Below are positions 1 to 9,231 of a DNA stretch of 64,000 nt, one piece after another. Under the pieces are notes generated by a model. The model was not told where the DNA came from, made no database searches, and saw nothing but the letters and a program-made list of their open reading frames with translations. This DNA is from Eubacteriales bacterium. GTDB lineage: Bacteria > Bacillota > Clostridia > Oscillospirales > CAG-272. The stretch lies in assembly GCA_051867875.1 (NCBI GenBank), contig JBJDZG010000004.1:149482-213481 (forward strand), written 5' to 3'. The position numbers and the translations under genes are program-made. Numbering within the stretch: the stretch's first letter is position 1; every line of letters starts with the position of its first letter.

Positions 1-753
1 TTCTCTTTCAACTCGAGTGAGAGCACCGCAAACCTCACGGGCTTCAGCTTTGAATGGTATATAAAGCTGTTTTCCGATGAAAGTGCGTTTGTCGCGCTTC
101 GCAACACACTCATTCTGGCAATCTGCTCGTCGCTCCTTTCCACGGTTATAGGAACTGCGGCGGCTGAGGGCATCTACCGAATGAGAACAAAATGGTTTAA
201 GAGCATCGTAACGTCTGTTACCAATATTCCCATGATGAACCCCGATATCGTAACGGGCGTTTCGTTCATGCTCTTCTTTGCATCGGTCGTCGGCATTTTC
301 AGTATCGCAGATTACGACAGCATCGGCTTTGCCGCGATGCTCATAGCGCACACGACCTTCTGCCTTCCCTACGTAATTCTCTCCGTTTTGCCGAGAATCA
401 ACGAATTCGGCGAGTCGCTCTCCGAAGCGGCGCTCGACCTCGGCTGTACTCCCGTGCAGGCGTTCTTTAAGGTAAAGCTTCCAAACATTATGCCCGGCGT
501 TATCTCGGGCGCGGTTATGGCGTTTACCCTCTCGCTTGACGACTTCGTTATCTCGTATTTCGTAAGCCCGTCAAACTTCCAGACGCTTCCCCTGCTCATT
601 TACTCAATGACGAAAAAGACCGTAAAGCCCGATATGTACGCGCTCTCGACGATAATCATAATCACGGTATTTACGCTTCTTATAATCTCTAACGTAAAGA
701 GCTTTAAGAAAACGCGCAAGCACAGAAAGAAAAAGGGGGCGAGCAAAGCATGA
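1..753 (+). CDS. potC: Spermidine/putrescine ABC transporter permease PotC (5'-truncated by window edge)
   Basis: Frame +1 is open from base 1 (FSFN...FEWY...RNTLILA); EAA loop 'LSEAALDLGCTP', 'FTLSLDDF'; overlaps the potD start. Confidence 0.9.
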   Translation, partial: FSFNSSESTANLTGFSFEWYIKLFSDESAFVALRNTLILAICSSLLSTVIGTAAAEGIYRMRTKWFKSIVTSVTNIPMMNPDIVTGVSFMLFFASVVGIFSIADYDSIGFAAMLIAHTTFCLPYVILSVLPRINEFGESLSEAALDLGCTPVQAFFKVKLPNIMPGVISGAVMAFTLSLDDFVISYFVSPSNFQTLPLLIYSMTKKTVKPDMYALSTIIIITVFTLLIISNVKSFKKTRKHRKKKGASKA

Positions 754-2120
754 AAAAATTAAGATTTATCCCCCTTATACTCATAATTCTGGCACTGCTT
801 CTTCCTCTCACCGCCTGCGGTGAAGACGAGGACGGCGATACTCCCACGCGCGGAAATTATCCGACGAAGAGCCTCAACGTCTACAACTGGGGCGAATATA
901 TCTCCGACGAGGACGACGAGGAATGCGGACTTTTCGACGTAAACGCGGGCTTTGAAGATTACTTCAACGAAAATCTCGCGGACGAGTACGGTTTCTATAT
1001 CAAGGTCAACTACTCCACCTACGCGACGAACGAGGATATGTACGCAAAGCTGACGAACAGTGCCGTCGCGTACGATATCGTTATACCCTCGGACTACATG
1101 ATTGAAAAAATGATTTCAAACGATTTGCTTTTGGAGATAGATTTATCAAAGCTCACAAATTACGGCAATATCAGCGATGATTTCAAGGGAATGTACTACG
1201 ACCCCGAGGACAAATATTCCGTTCCATACACCTACGGTATGCTCGGAATTATCTATAACGCCGAGTTTGTCGATGAAGAGGACGTAGCGGACGAGAGCTG
1301 GGCACTGCTCTGGAACGAAAAGTACAAGGGTAAGATTCTTCAGTTCAACAACCCCCGCGACGCTTTCGGAACGGCTATGTATTGGCAGAATCTCGACGTC
1401 AACTCCCGAAGCTATGCCGACTGGGAAGCGGCACTCGAGCTCTTAAAGGAGCAAAAGCCCCTGCTTCAAGGCTACGTAAACGATGAGATATTCAATAAAA
1501 TGAAGAGCGCGTCGGCTTACGTCGCTCCTTACTTTGCAGGAGACTTTCTTACGATGGCGGCAGATAATGAGGACCTTATGTTCTACTATCCCGCCGAGGG
1601 CACGAACTACTTCGTCGACGCTATGTGTATTCCCAAAACGTCGAGAAGTCCCGATGTCGCGCACGAGTATATCAACTATATGATATCCCTTGAAGCGGCG
1701 ACGGCGAATGCACTCTATATCGGCTACGCATCACCCAACAAGGCAGTTACCGAGAGCGAATATTATCAAGAGATGCTTGCGTATAACTACGACACCGACA
1801 GTCTTTCCGCATGGGATATTCTCTACGGCAAAACGAAGGATGAGGCAAACGAGAATTATTCGTTCAATCCCGCCTACGAGGACTATTTCAAGGACGATGC
1901 GAACGGTATAAACATTCAGACTCACGTCGATTCCCTTTGGGAGTCCTTAAAGACCGAAAACTCAACGGAGCTTTGGGTTCATATAACGAGCTTTGCGATA
2001 GTTGCAGGCGTGCTCACGTTTGCAATCCGCTCGCAGTATATCAAGAAAAAACGCTCCAAATTCTACCGCGACCGCGACAGAGAGCTGCGCCGTCAAAGAG
2101 AAATGAAAAATAAAGCTTAA
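750..2120 (+). CDS. potD: Spermidine/putrescine ABC substrate-binding lipoprotein PotD with extra C-terminal TM helix
   Basis: Lipobox LTAC; 'LNVYNWGEYI', 'YDIVIPSDYM', 'YSVPYTYG'; C-terminal hydrophobic helix plus basic tail. Confidence 0.9.
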   Translation: MKKLRFIPLILIILALLLPLTACGEDEDGDTPTRGNYPTKSLNVYNWGEYISDEDDEECGLFDVNAGFEDYFNENLADEYGFYIKVNYSTYATNEDMYAKLTNSAVAYDIVIPSDYMIEKMISNDLLLEIDLSKLTNYGNISDDFKGMYYDPEDKYSVPYTYGMLGIIYNAEFVDEEDVADESWALLWNEKYKGKILQFNNPRDAFGTAMYWQNLDVNSRSYADWEAALELLKEQKPLLQGYVNDEIFNKMKSASAYVAPYFAGDFLTMAADNEDLMFYYPAEGTNYFVDAMCIPKTSRSPDVAHEYINYMISLEAATANALYIGYASPNKAVTESEYYQEMLAYNYDTDSLSAWDILYGKTKDEANENYSFNPAYEDYFKDDANGINIQTHVDSLWESLKTENSTELWVHITSFAIVAGVLTFAIRSQYIKKKRSKFYRDRDRELRRQREMKNKA

Positions 2121-2129
2121 TAAGCAGCA

Positions 2130-2165
2130 GACCGCCGAAGCGAAACGTTTCGGCGGTTTTGTTTT
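2130..2165 (+). terminator. Intrinsic terminator after potD
   Basis: ACCGCCGAA...TTCGGCGGT stem followed by TTTGTTTT. Confidence 0.8.
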
Positions 2166-2258
2166 CGTTATCAAAAAGCAGGCGGCGAAATGGGTTGCGG
2201 TGAATTTTTGCCCGCATTTGCGTCGATAATATATAAAAATCTATCTAAGAGGCGTAAA

Positions 2259-3671
2259 ATGAACAAATTTTCAAGTAATTACGAGGACAATGTTGCAACG
2301 CTTGACGCCATTTTTGCGGTCAAGGACAATTTTGACGTACTCAAAAAGACCGTTCGCATAGGAGAGGACGAGCTGACGCTCTACTACATTGACGGCTTTG
2401 TCAAGGACTCCGTTATGCAAAAGCTGATAATACAGTTTTTAGGTCTTCAAGGCTTGGGCGAGCCGTCGGAGAACAGAGCCCTCGACTTTTTGTACAAGAA
2501 CGTTCCCTACGTTGAGGCAGACGTGATAAACGATATCGACAAAGCGGTAGTGCAGATGCTATCGGGTGCTGTCGTAATGCTCGGCTCGACATTCCTTGAA
2601 CGGTGTATCGTTATCGACGCGAGAACCTATCCTGCACGCGAAACGGCAGAGCCCGAAAATGACCGCGTAATAAAGGGCGCGCGGGACGGATTTGTGGAAA
2701 CGCTGATTTTCAACACCGCCCTCATTCGCCGCCGAATACGCGACCCAAAGCTCAAAATGTCCTATATGAGCGTCGGCACGCGCTCATCTACCGACGTCGT
2801 CGTTTGCTATATTGAGGACAAGGCGGATATGGACTATGTAAATTCCCTCAAAAAGAAGATTTCCGAAATAAAAACGGAGGCACTGACCGTCGGCACGCAA
2901 TCTCTTATCGAATGTTTAATACAGAGCAGGTGGTATAATCCCTTCCCGAAGGTGCGCACAACGGAGCGTCCCGACTCCGCGGCGGCTCAGCTGATGGAAG
3001 GAAATGTGCTCATCATCGTTGACAACTCACCCGAGGTCATAGTGCTCCCCGCAGGGCTTTTCGACTTTATGCAGGACACGAACGACTATTATTTCCCGCC
3101 CCTGACGGGCACTTATCTGCGGCTTTTGCGCTTCGTCATATTCTTTATGACGCTGTTTCTGATGCCCCTGTGGCTAATAGCAATACACAACGAAGAAGCC
3201 GTCCCGCGGTGGCTCGCCTTCGTCATTCCCGACGAAACGGGCGAGTTGCCCATTCTCGTCCAACTGTTTTTGGCGGAATTTATCATCGACGGACTGCGTC
3301 TTGCATCTATGAATACGCCGGGTATGCTCTCAAATTCCCTCTCCGTCATCGGCGGTCTTATCCTCGGCGATTTTTCGATACAGATAGGTTGGCTCATTCC
3401 CGAGGTCATTCTCTACGGTGCATTCGTCGCAATAGCAAACTCCTCGCAGAGAAATTACGAGCTCGGCTACGCCTTCAAATTTCTGCGTCTTATTTTGCTG
3501 ACGCTGACTTGGTTTTTCAACTTCTGGGGATTTCTCGTCGGTATCGTGCTCATCGCCGTTCTGCTCGTTTCCAACAAAACGCTCAACGGTAAGCACTCCT
3601 ATCTCTATCCTCTCATTCCCTTCAACGGAAAAGTCCTCGCCCGAATGGTATTCAGGGTAAAAAAGCAGTAA
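2259..3671 (+). CDS. Spore germination protein, GerA/SpoVAF family
   Basis: 'EPENDRVIKGARDGFVE', 'NPFPKVRTTERPD', multi-TM C-terminus ending 'YLYPLIPF'; ATG at 2259 after AGAGG. Confidence 0.85.
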   Translation: MNKFSSNYEDNVATLDAIFAVKDNFDVLKKTVRIGEDELTLYYIDGFVKDSVMQKLIIQFLGLQGLGEPSENRALDFLYKNVPYVEADVINDIDKAVVQMLSGAVVMLGSTFLERCIVIDARTYPARETAEPENDRVIKGARDGFVETLIFNTALIRRRIRDPKLKMSYMSVGTRSSTDVVVCYIEDKADMDYVNSLKKKISEIKTEALTVGTQSLIECLIQSRWYNPFPKVRTTERPDSAAAQLMEGNVLIIVDNSPEVIVLPAGLFDFMQDTNDYYFPPLTGTYLRLLRFVIFFMTLFLMPLWLIAIHNEEAVPRWLAFVIPDETGELPILVQLFLAEFIIDGLRLASMNTPGMLSNSLSVIGGLILGDFSIQIGWLIPEVILYGAFVAIANSSQRNYELGYAFKFLRLILLTLTWFFNFWGFLVGIVLIAVLLVSNKTLNGKHSYLYPLIPFNGKVLARMVFRVKKQ

Positions 3672-3704
3672 AACGGCGCAGTTCATTGTGAACTGCACCG
3701 TTTT
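3670..3704. terminator. Bidirectional terminator between convergent spore gene and truB
   Basis: AAAACGGcGCAGTTCA-TTG-TGAACTGCaCCGTTTT inverted repeat. Confidence 0.75.
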
Positions 3705-3707
3705 ACT

Positions 3708-4634
3708 TTATTCAAGATTAAACGTCTTAACCGCCTTGACGGCTGTTCCGTCAGGATATTCGCGTACTTCGCCGAGGGCGAAAAATTCACCGTCCTGCGA
3801 GCAAATTCTGACTTTTTCACCTACGCCAAACGCCGTTTTTATCTTCGCTTGATATATCTGCTGACCGCTTCGGCAGAGCTTTTCGTAAAACGCGGGCAGG
3901 CAAACCTTTGGCAAATCGCAGAAAAGGCTTTCCGTAGGTGCAAGGAGTGCTAATCGCTCGCTCATATCAAGCGTTTCAATCTCTTCAAGCGTATGCGAGT
4001 TTTCAATATCAAATCCGCCCGCCGCCGTTCTGTGAAGCGATGACATAACACCGCCGCAACCGGCGCTATCTCCAATATCGGCGCAAAGAGTTCTGATATA
4101 CGTTCCCGAGGAGCATTCGACGCTCAAAATATACTCGTCTTTTTTGTCCGTCGTACTGACGTCAAGGCTGAAAATCTCAATATCTCTCGCCTGTCTTTCG
4201 ACCTCAATGCCCTGCCTTGCGAGCTCGTAAAGCTTCTTTCCGTCAACCTTTAAGGCACTGTACATTGGCGGTATCTGCCTGATTTTGCCCACGAAGCGCG
4301 CGCAAACCGCTCTGAGCTCCGCCTCGCTCGGGATTTTGTCGCTCTCCGTAAGAATCTTTCCCGTAATATCCTGGGTATCGGCAGTAAGTCCGAGTTTGAG
4401 AGTGGCAACGTATCTCTTTCTGTCGGCAATGAGGTATTCCGCCGCCTTCGCCGCACGCCCGAGCAGTACGACGAGCACCCCCGTCGCAAGCGGGTCGAGC
4501 GTTCCCGTGTGTCCTGCTTTGCGTGTGCCGTAAAGCTTTCTTATCTTCCCCACAACGTCGTGCGAGGTTATTCCCTCGGGCTTGTTAATTATCAGAACGC
4601 CGTCGGGCTCAAATGTGTTTTTTTCGTTTTTCAT
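3708..4634 (-). CDS. truB: tRNA pseudouridine(55) synthase
   Basis: 'KAGHTGTLDPLATGVL', 'QIPPMYSALK', 'CSSGTYIRTL'. Confidence 0.95.
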   Translation of the reverse strand: MKNEKNTFEPDGVLIINKPEGITSHDVVGKIRKLYGTRKAGHTGTLDPLATGVLVVLLGRAAKAAEYLIADRKRYVATLKLGLTADTQDITGKILTESDKIPSEAELRAVCARFVGKIRQIPPMYSALKVDGKKLYELARQGIEVERQARDIEIFSLDVSTTDKKDEYILSVECSSGTYIRTLCADIGDSAGCGGVMSSLHRTAAGGFDIENSHTLEEIETLDMSERLALLAPTESLFCDLPKVCLPAFYEKLCRSGQQIYQAKIKTAFGVGEKVRICSQDGEFFALGEVREYPDGTAVKAVKTFNLE

Positions 4635-4635
4635 A

Positions 4636-5283
4636 TCAAAATCTGACGTGTGCGGAATAGATGGGATTCCCCGCGTCGGAGAAATTCTTTTCGTATTCCG
4701 TCATCACGTTTCCCTCGTTTTTATCGGAATTGTGCAAATCGCGCGTCTGCCAGACGATATCGAGCCCGAACTCACGGAAAGATTCAAGACTGAAATCAAA
4801 AAGTCCTTCGTTGTCGGTCTTTAATTTGAGCATACCGCCCTCTTTGAGAAGGCGTTTGTATATTTCAAGAAAGCTCTTATATGTAAGACGGCGCTTTGCG
4901 TGTCCTGCCTTCGGCCACGGGTCGCTGAAATTGAGATAGATGCAGTCTACCGAATGTTCGGGAAAATATTCCGTAAGGTTTTTCGCGTCGCCGATGATAA
5001 ATCTCAGATTGTCGCACCTCGTATCCTTCACCCTTTCCGCCTTTTCAAGAGCCAAACAAGCGACGTCGGATATTTTCTCCATCGCAATAAAATTTACGTC
5101 GCCGTGCTGTGCGCTCATTCCAACGGCAAAATTGCCCTTTCCGCAACCTATTTCAAGGTGCAGCGGTCTGCTCTCGCTAAACGCGGACTGCGGATTTTCC
5201 GCAAATTTTTCGTCGGGCACGATGAGCAGGTGCGACACCGCTTCAATCCTCTCTGCACCGTGCTTTTTCTTTCTCATTCTCAT
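4636..5283 (-). CDS. trmB: tRNA (guanine-N7)-methyltransferase
   Basis: 'LEIGCGKG', 'LNFSDPWPK..HAKRRLT', 'KTDN', 'MTEYE'. Confidence 0.95.
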   Translation of the reverse strand: MRMRKKKHGAERIEAVSHLLIVPDEKFAENPQSAFSESRPLHLEIGCGKGNFAVGMSAQHGDVNFIAMEKISDVACLALEKAERVKDTRCDNLRFIIGDAKNLTEYFPEHSVDCIYLNFSDPWPKAGHAKRRLTYKSFLEIYKRLLKEGGMLKLKTDNEGLFDFSLESFREFGLDIVWQTRDLHNSDKNEGNVMTEYEKNFSDAGNPIYSAHVRF

Positions 5284-5349
5284 ATTTTACTCCCTTCGTA
5301 GCAAAGCTACCTGTTTTTTCTGTTTTTATTCGTTTTTTCGTCATTTTAC

Positions 5350-5378
5350 TTGACATTTAGTTATAAAAAGTGTATTAT
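5350..5378 (+). promoter_or_regulatory. Sigma-A promoter of first DUF975 gene
   Basis: TTGACA-17 bp-TATTAT. Confidence 0.6.
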
Positions 5379-5410
5379 GTAAATACAAATATACCATCGG
5401 AGGTACTATT

Positions 5411-6037
5411 ATGAATATTTCTAATTCGGAAATCCGCGCAAAAGCCCGCAAGGCACTCAGCGGTAATATTTTCGGCAAGACGTGGCTCATGTCGCTTTTG
5501 GCATGTGTTATAGTTTCTCTTGTCCTTGGTCTGGTCAGCAGTATGAGCTGCGGAATAGGTATATATCTGCTTGTCGGTCCTCTTTCCGTTGGCTTGTACG
5601 GCGCTTTCTCAAAGCTCGTCAGAGGTGAGCGTGATATGGAAATCGGCGGCGTGTTCGACGGCTGTCAGGATTTCGGTTCAAATATGATGCTCGGCATTAT
5701 GTATAACCTTTACATAATGCTCTGGTCCTTGCTCTTCGTTATCCCCGGTATCATCAAAACATACTCTTATTCAATGGCTTTCTTCATCAAGGCTGACCAC
5801 CCCGAATACGGTTGGAGAGAATGCCTTAGCGAAAGCGAAAAAATGATGCAGGGCAACAAGTGGAAGCTTTTCTGCCTTCAGTTAAGCCTTATCGGCTGGG
5901 TAATACTCGGCTCCCTTGCCTGCGGCATCGGTACTCTTTGGGTTACTCCCTACCAGTACTCCTGCAACGCAGTATTCTACGAGGAGCTCAAAGCAGCAAA
6001 CGGTTACGCAGGCGGAGCTTATTATTCCGAACAGTAA
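5411..6037 (+). CDS. DUF975 family membrane protein (paralogue 1)
   Basis: 'EIRAKARKALSG', 'LWSLLFVIPGIIKTYSYSMA', 'MMQGNKWKLF.L.LS.IGW', 'LWVTPY..FYEEL'. Confidence 0.85.
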   Translation: MNISNSEIRAKARKALSGNIFGKTWLMSLLACVIVSLVLGLVSSMSCGIGIYLLVGPLSVGLYGAFSKLVRGERDMEIGGVFDGCQDFGSNMMLGIMYNLYIMLWSLLFVIPGIIKTYSYSMAFFIKADHPEYGWRECLSESEKMMQGNKWKLFCLQLSLIGWVILGSLACGIGTLWVTPYQYSCNAVFYEELKAANGYAGGAYYSEQ

Positions 6038-6132
6038 TCGCACCTATTTGGTAAAAAATCATTTTTGCGGTTCGCCGAGACCTCGGCGGACCGATTTTTT
6101 TGTATTATTTACCTAAAAAATACAAATTGACC

Positions 6133-6161
6133 TTGACATTTAACGAAAAAAGTATTACAAT
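6133..6161 (+). promoter_or_regulatory. Sigma-A promoter of second DUF975 gene
   Basis: TTGACA-17 bp-TACAAT. Confidence 0.6.
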
Positions 6162-6200
6162 TAGTGTATAGTACTATATTTGTGTTTCGGAGGCGCTTTT

Positions 6201-6998
6201 ATGAACATTACAAATAAAGAAATACGTGCAAAAGCCCGCCACCTTCTCGATGAAAATATCTTCGGTAAAAACTGGCTCAAATCCATCGTGATTACATTAC
6301 TTATGATGGGAATAGTCGGTGTAACAGGCGGTTTGCTCTTCACACTGTCAAACGCACTTCTTCTTCCCGCATTGATGGGATTGATTCAAACCTATGCACC
6401 AAATTCCAAGATTCTTATCTACGTAATCCCGATAATTCTTGATATTCTTGAGATAATGATGCTCAACATCTTCATCGGTCCTCTTTCAGTCGGACTTGTA
6501 TCCGTGCATCTTGACCTTGTAAGGCACGACGGCGACATCAGCATCAGAAAATTCTTCGACGGATTCAAGGAATTTCTTGATAACTTCCTCGTAGGCTTTA
6601 TGTACGTTTTGCATATCACACTTTGGACATTGCTTTTCATCATCCCCGGTATCTACGTTTCGTATTCCTACGCTATGGTGTTCCACGTAAGAAAGGACCA
6701 CCCCGACTACCGTTGGCAGCAGTGCTTTGACGAAAGCGAAAGACTTATGGAAGGCAACAGATGGAGATTGTTCAAGCTCCATATGAGCTTCATCGGTTGG
6801 GCTTTCCTCGGTTCGCTTGCGTTCTGCGGTCTCGGAAGTCTTTGGGTAACCCCCTATGAGATGGTTTCCACAGCAGTTTTCTATGAAGAAATCAAAAATG
6901 CTAAGGATTCCAACATTGTAAGCTTTGATACGAAGATTAAGAAATCTCCCGACCCCGTAGTAGTTGACCTTTCCAAAAATGGCGGAGCCGTAAAATAA
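6201..6998 (+). CDS. DUF975 family membrane protein (paralogue 2)
   Basis: Same motifs as 5411..6037; ATG at 6201 after GGAGG. Confidence 0.85.
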   Translation: MNITNKEIRAKARHLLDENIFGKNWLKSIVITLLMMGIVGVTGGLLFTLSNALLLPALMGLIQTYAPNSKILIYVIPIILDILEIMMLNIFIGPLSVGLVSVHLDLVRHDGDISIRKFFDGFKEFLDNFLVGFMYVLHITLWTLLFIIPGIYVSYSYAMVFHVRKDHPDYRWQQCFDESERLMEGNRWRLFKLHMSFIGWAFLGSLAFCGLGSLWVTPYEMVSTAVFYEEIKNAKDSNIVSFDTKIKKSPDPVVVDLSKNGGAVK

Positions 6999-7016
6999 TA
7001 ATACAATTTAATAATT

Positions 7017-7046
7017 GCCTGTTGGCTTATGCCAACAGGCTTTTTA
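7017..7046. terminator. Terminator between DUF975 gene and ychF
   Basis: GCCTGTTGGC-TTAT-GCCAACAGGC followed by TTTTT. Confidence 0.75.
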
Positions 7047-7053
7047 TTCGTGA

Positions 7054-8148
7054 TTAAACATTAAATCTGAAAAGAATGATATCTCCGTCCTTAACGACGT
7101 AATCCTTGCCCTCGGAGCGAAGAAGTCCTGCGTCCTTTACCGCCGCCATAGAACCGAGCTTCGTCAGAACGTCGAAATCAACGACCTCTGCCCTGATAAA
7201 TCCACGCTCAAAATCGCTGTGAATTTTTCCTGCCGCCTGTGGCGCTCTCATTCCCTTGGTGATAGTCCACGCGCGGACTTCCTTGGGACCTGCCGTGAGG
7301 TAGCTTATAAGTCCGAGCAAGGAATAGCTTGCCTTGATAAGACGGTCAAGACCGCTCTCCTCAATGCCCATATCCTCAAGAAACACCTTTTTTTCCTCGG
7401 CGTCAAGCTCACTTATCTCTGCCTCAATCTGTGCACATATCGAGATTATCTCGGAATGCTCCGCCTCGGCAAAAGCCTTAAGCTCGCAATAGAGCTCGTT
7501 TTCCACGGGCTCGTGGTCGGCTTCGTCCTCGCTTACGTTTGCGACGTAAATAACGGGCTTCATAGTAAGAAGCTGGGTATCTCCGAGAAGCTCAAGCTCC
7601 TCGTCGGTAAGCTCCATCGTTCTCGCGCACTTACCCTCTTCAAGAGTTGCGTGTATTCTTTCAAGAAGCTCAACAGTCGCACCGAGTGCCTTGTCGCCCT
7701 TCATCGCCTTTTTAACGCGGTCAATACGGCGTTCAAGTATCTCCATATCGGAGAAAATGAGTTCAAGATTTATCGTTTCAAGGTCGCGAATGGGGTTGAT
7801 GCTTCCGTCAACGTGAATAATGTTGTCGTCCTCAAAGCAACGGACAACGTGCAAAATAGCATCGACCTGACGAATGTTGTCAAGGAATTTGTTTCCGAGT
7901 CCCTCGCCCTTGCTCGCACCCTTAACGAGTCCTGCAATATCAACGAATTCAATAACCGCAGGAGTGTATTTTTCGGGGTTATACATCTCGGCAAGCACGT
8001 CAAGACGCTTGTCGGGAACTGCAACAACACCCACGTTGGGCTCAATTGTGCAGAAAGGATAGTTTGCGGATTCAGCACCCGCGTTTGTAAGTGCATTAAA
8101 AAGAGTGCTCTTTCCGACATTCGGAAGTCCTACTATACCAAGTTTCAT
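7054..8148 (-). CDS. ychF: Ribosome-binding ATPase YchF
   Basis: '[12 protein letters not shown]', '[10 protein letters not shown]', '[16 protein letters not shown]', TGS-like C-terminus; start at MKLG after AGGAG. Confidence 0.95.
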   Translation of the reverse strand: MKLGIVGLPNVGKSTLFNALTNAGAESANYPFCTIEPNVGVVAVPDKRLDVLAEMYNPEKYTPAVIEFVDIAGLVKGASKGEGLGNKFLDNIRQVDAILHVVRCFEDDNIIHVDGSINPIRDLETINLELIFSDMEILERRIDRVKKAMKGDKALGATVELLERIHATLEEGKCARTMELTDEELELLGDTQLLTMKPVIYVANVSEDEADHEPVENELYCELKAFAEAEHSEIISICAQIEAEISELDAEEKKVFLEDMGIEESGLDRLIKASYSLLGLISYLTAGPKEVRAWTITKGMRAPQAAGKIHSDFERGFIRAEVVDFDVLTKLGSMAAVKDAGLLRSEGKDYVVKDGDIILFRFNV

Positions 8149-8277
8149 AGAATATCTCCTATATAAATAATTAATTGGCTGAATACATACGGAAGTATTA
8201 TATAACAAAAAGCGGGCTTTTTCAAGGTCTTTAATAAAATATTTTGAAAACTTTATTTTTTGCAAAGCAAAAAGTGC

Positions 8278-8306
8278 TTGCAATTTGATGACATTTATGC
8301 TATAAT
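8278..8306 (+). promoter_or_regulatory. Sigma-A promoter (extended -10) of orphan response regulator
   Basis: TTGCAA-17 bp-TATAAT with TG at the extended -10 position. Confidence 0.6.
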
Positions 8307-8317
8307 TTTCGTGAACT

Positions 8318-8404
8318 TAAAAATTTATTCAAAATTTAGTCTAAATTTGTCAACAAAAATCAAAATTTAGTCAAAAAATTCAAAAAAAGTTATAAAATTT
8401 CAAG
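8318..8404 (+). repeat. Phased 9-11 bp degenerate direct-repeat/A-tract array (TCAAAATTTAG-like)
   Basis: Units start at 8329, 8340, 8350, 8360, 8371, 8380, 8391 and 8400; TCAAAATTTAG is exact at 8329 and 8360. Confidence 0.6.
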
Positions 8405-8491
8405 TTTTTTTAAGGTTTACGGATTACACTGCTATATGTAAACGTGAAAATTTATACCTTTATATACATTACTTAACTTCGGAGGTACATA

Positions 8492-9187
8492 ATGTTGGAC
8501 ACAAAAATTCTTATAATCGACGATGACAGTACAACGAGTGAGATGCTCAAAAATTACTTTGAAAAAGAGGGCTATGAGGTAAAGACCGTCGCAGACGGCG
8601 TCAGCGGCATTGACAGTTTCAAACTCTATAACCCCGATATAGTTCTGCTTGAAACAACGCTGCCCAAAAAGGACGGCTGTCAGGTGTGCCGTGAAATTCG
8701 CGCAATATCAAATCAGCCCATCATTTTCGTAAGCTCCAAGGGCGACACCTTTGACAGAGTGCTCGGTCTTGAATTGGGTGCCGACGATTACGTCGTAAAG
8801 CCCTTTGAGATAAAGGAGCTCTCCGCACGTGTAAAAGCGGTTCTCCGCCGCACGAGCTCACACACTGCCCAAAAGAACGATAATGAAATAATCAAATTTG
8901 AAAACATTGAAATCAGCCTTCAAAAATATGAGCTCAAGCTCTTTGACAAGCCCATCGACATTCCGCCCAAGGAACTCGAATTGCTCTATTTCCTTGCAAA
9001 CAACCGCAACAGAGTTTTCACACGCGACCAGCTTCTTGACAAGGTCTGGGGCTTTGACTATCTCGGCGACTCAAGAACGGTTGACGTTCACATTAAGCGT
9101 CTGCGCGAAAAGCTCGAGGGTGCATCTGACAAATGGGCTCTCAAAACCGTCTGGGGCGTTGGATATAAATTTGAAATAATTGAATAA
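8492..9187 (+). CDS. Orphan OmpR/PhoB-family response regulator with Glu at the phosphoacceptor position
   Basis: REC 'ILIIDDD...PDIVLLETTLP...GADDYVVKPF'; winged helix 'VWG..Y.GDSRTVDVHIKRLREK...TVWGVGY'. Confidence 0.9.
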   Translation: MLDTKILIIDDDSTTSEMLKNYFEKEGYEVKTVADGVSGIDSFKLYNPDIVLLETTLPKKDGCQVCREIRAISNQPIIFVSSKGDTFDRVLGLELGADDYVVKPFEIKELSARVKAVLRRTSSHTAQKNDNEIIKFENIEISLQKYELKLFDKPIDIPPKELELLYFLANNRNRVFTRDQLLDKVWGFDYLGDSRTVDVHIKRLREKLEGASDKWALKTVWGVGYKFEIIE

Positions 9188-9198
9188 TCAGAAACAGC

Positions 9199-9231
9199 AA
9201 AAAGGCTTTCCGGACGGAAAGCCTTTTATTT
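9199..9231. terminator. Bidirectional terminator
   Basis: AAAAGGCTTTCCG-GA-CGGAAAGCCTTTT. Confidence 0.8.

Noticed and set aside
2195-2240. Sporulation sigma-factor promoters upstream of the SpoVAF-like, PRK06851-like and amidase genes
   Set aside because: Only partial matches to short degenerate consensus sequences; not supportable by eye.
7219-8166. 315-aa ORF antisense to ychF
   Set aside because: Shadow frame of a conserved, codon-biased gene; no RBS or recognisable motifs.
8318-8404. Possible CRISPR array or iteron/origin region
   Set aside because: Units are about 10 bp, degenerate and lack spacers; no cas, rep or dnaA gene and no DnaA-box cluster seen.
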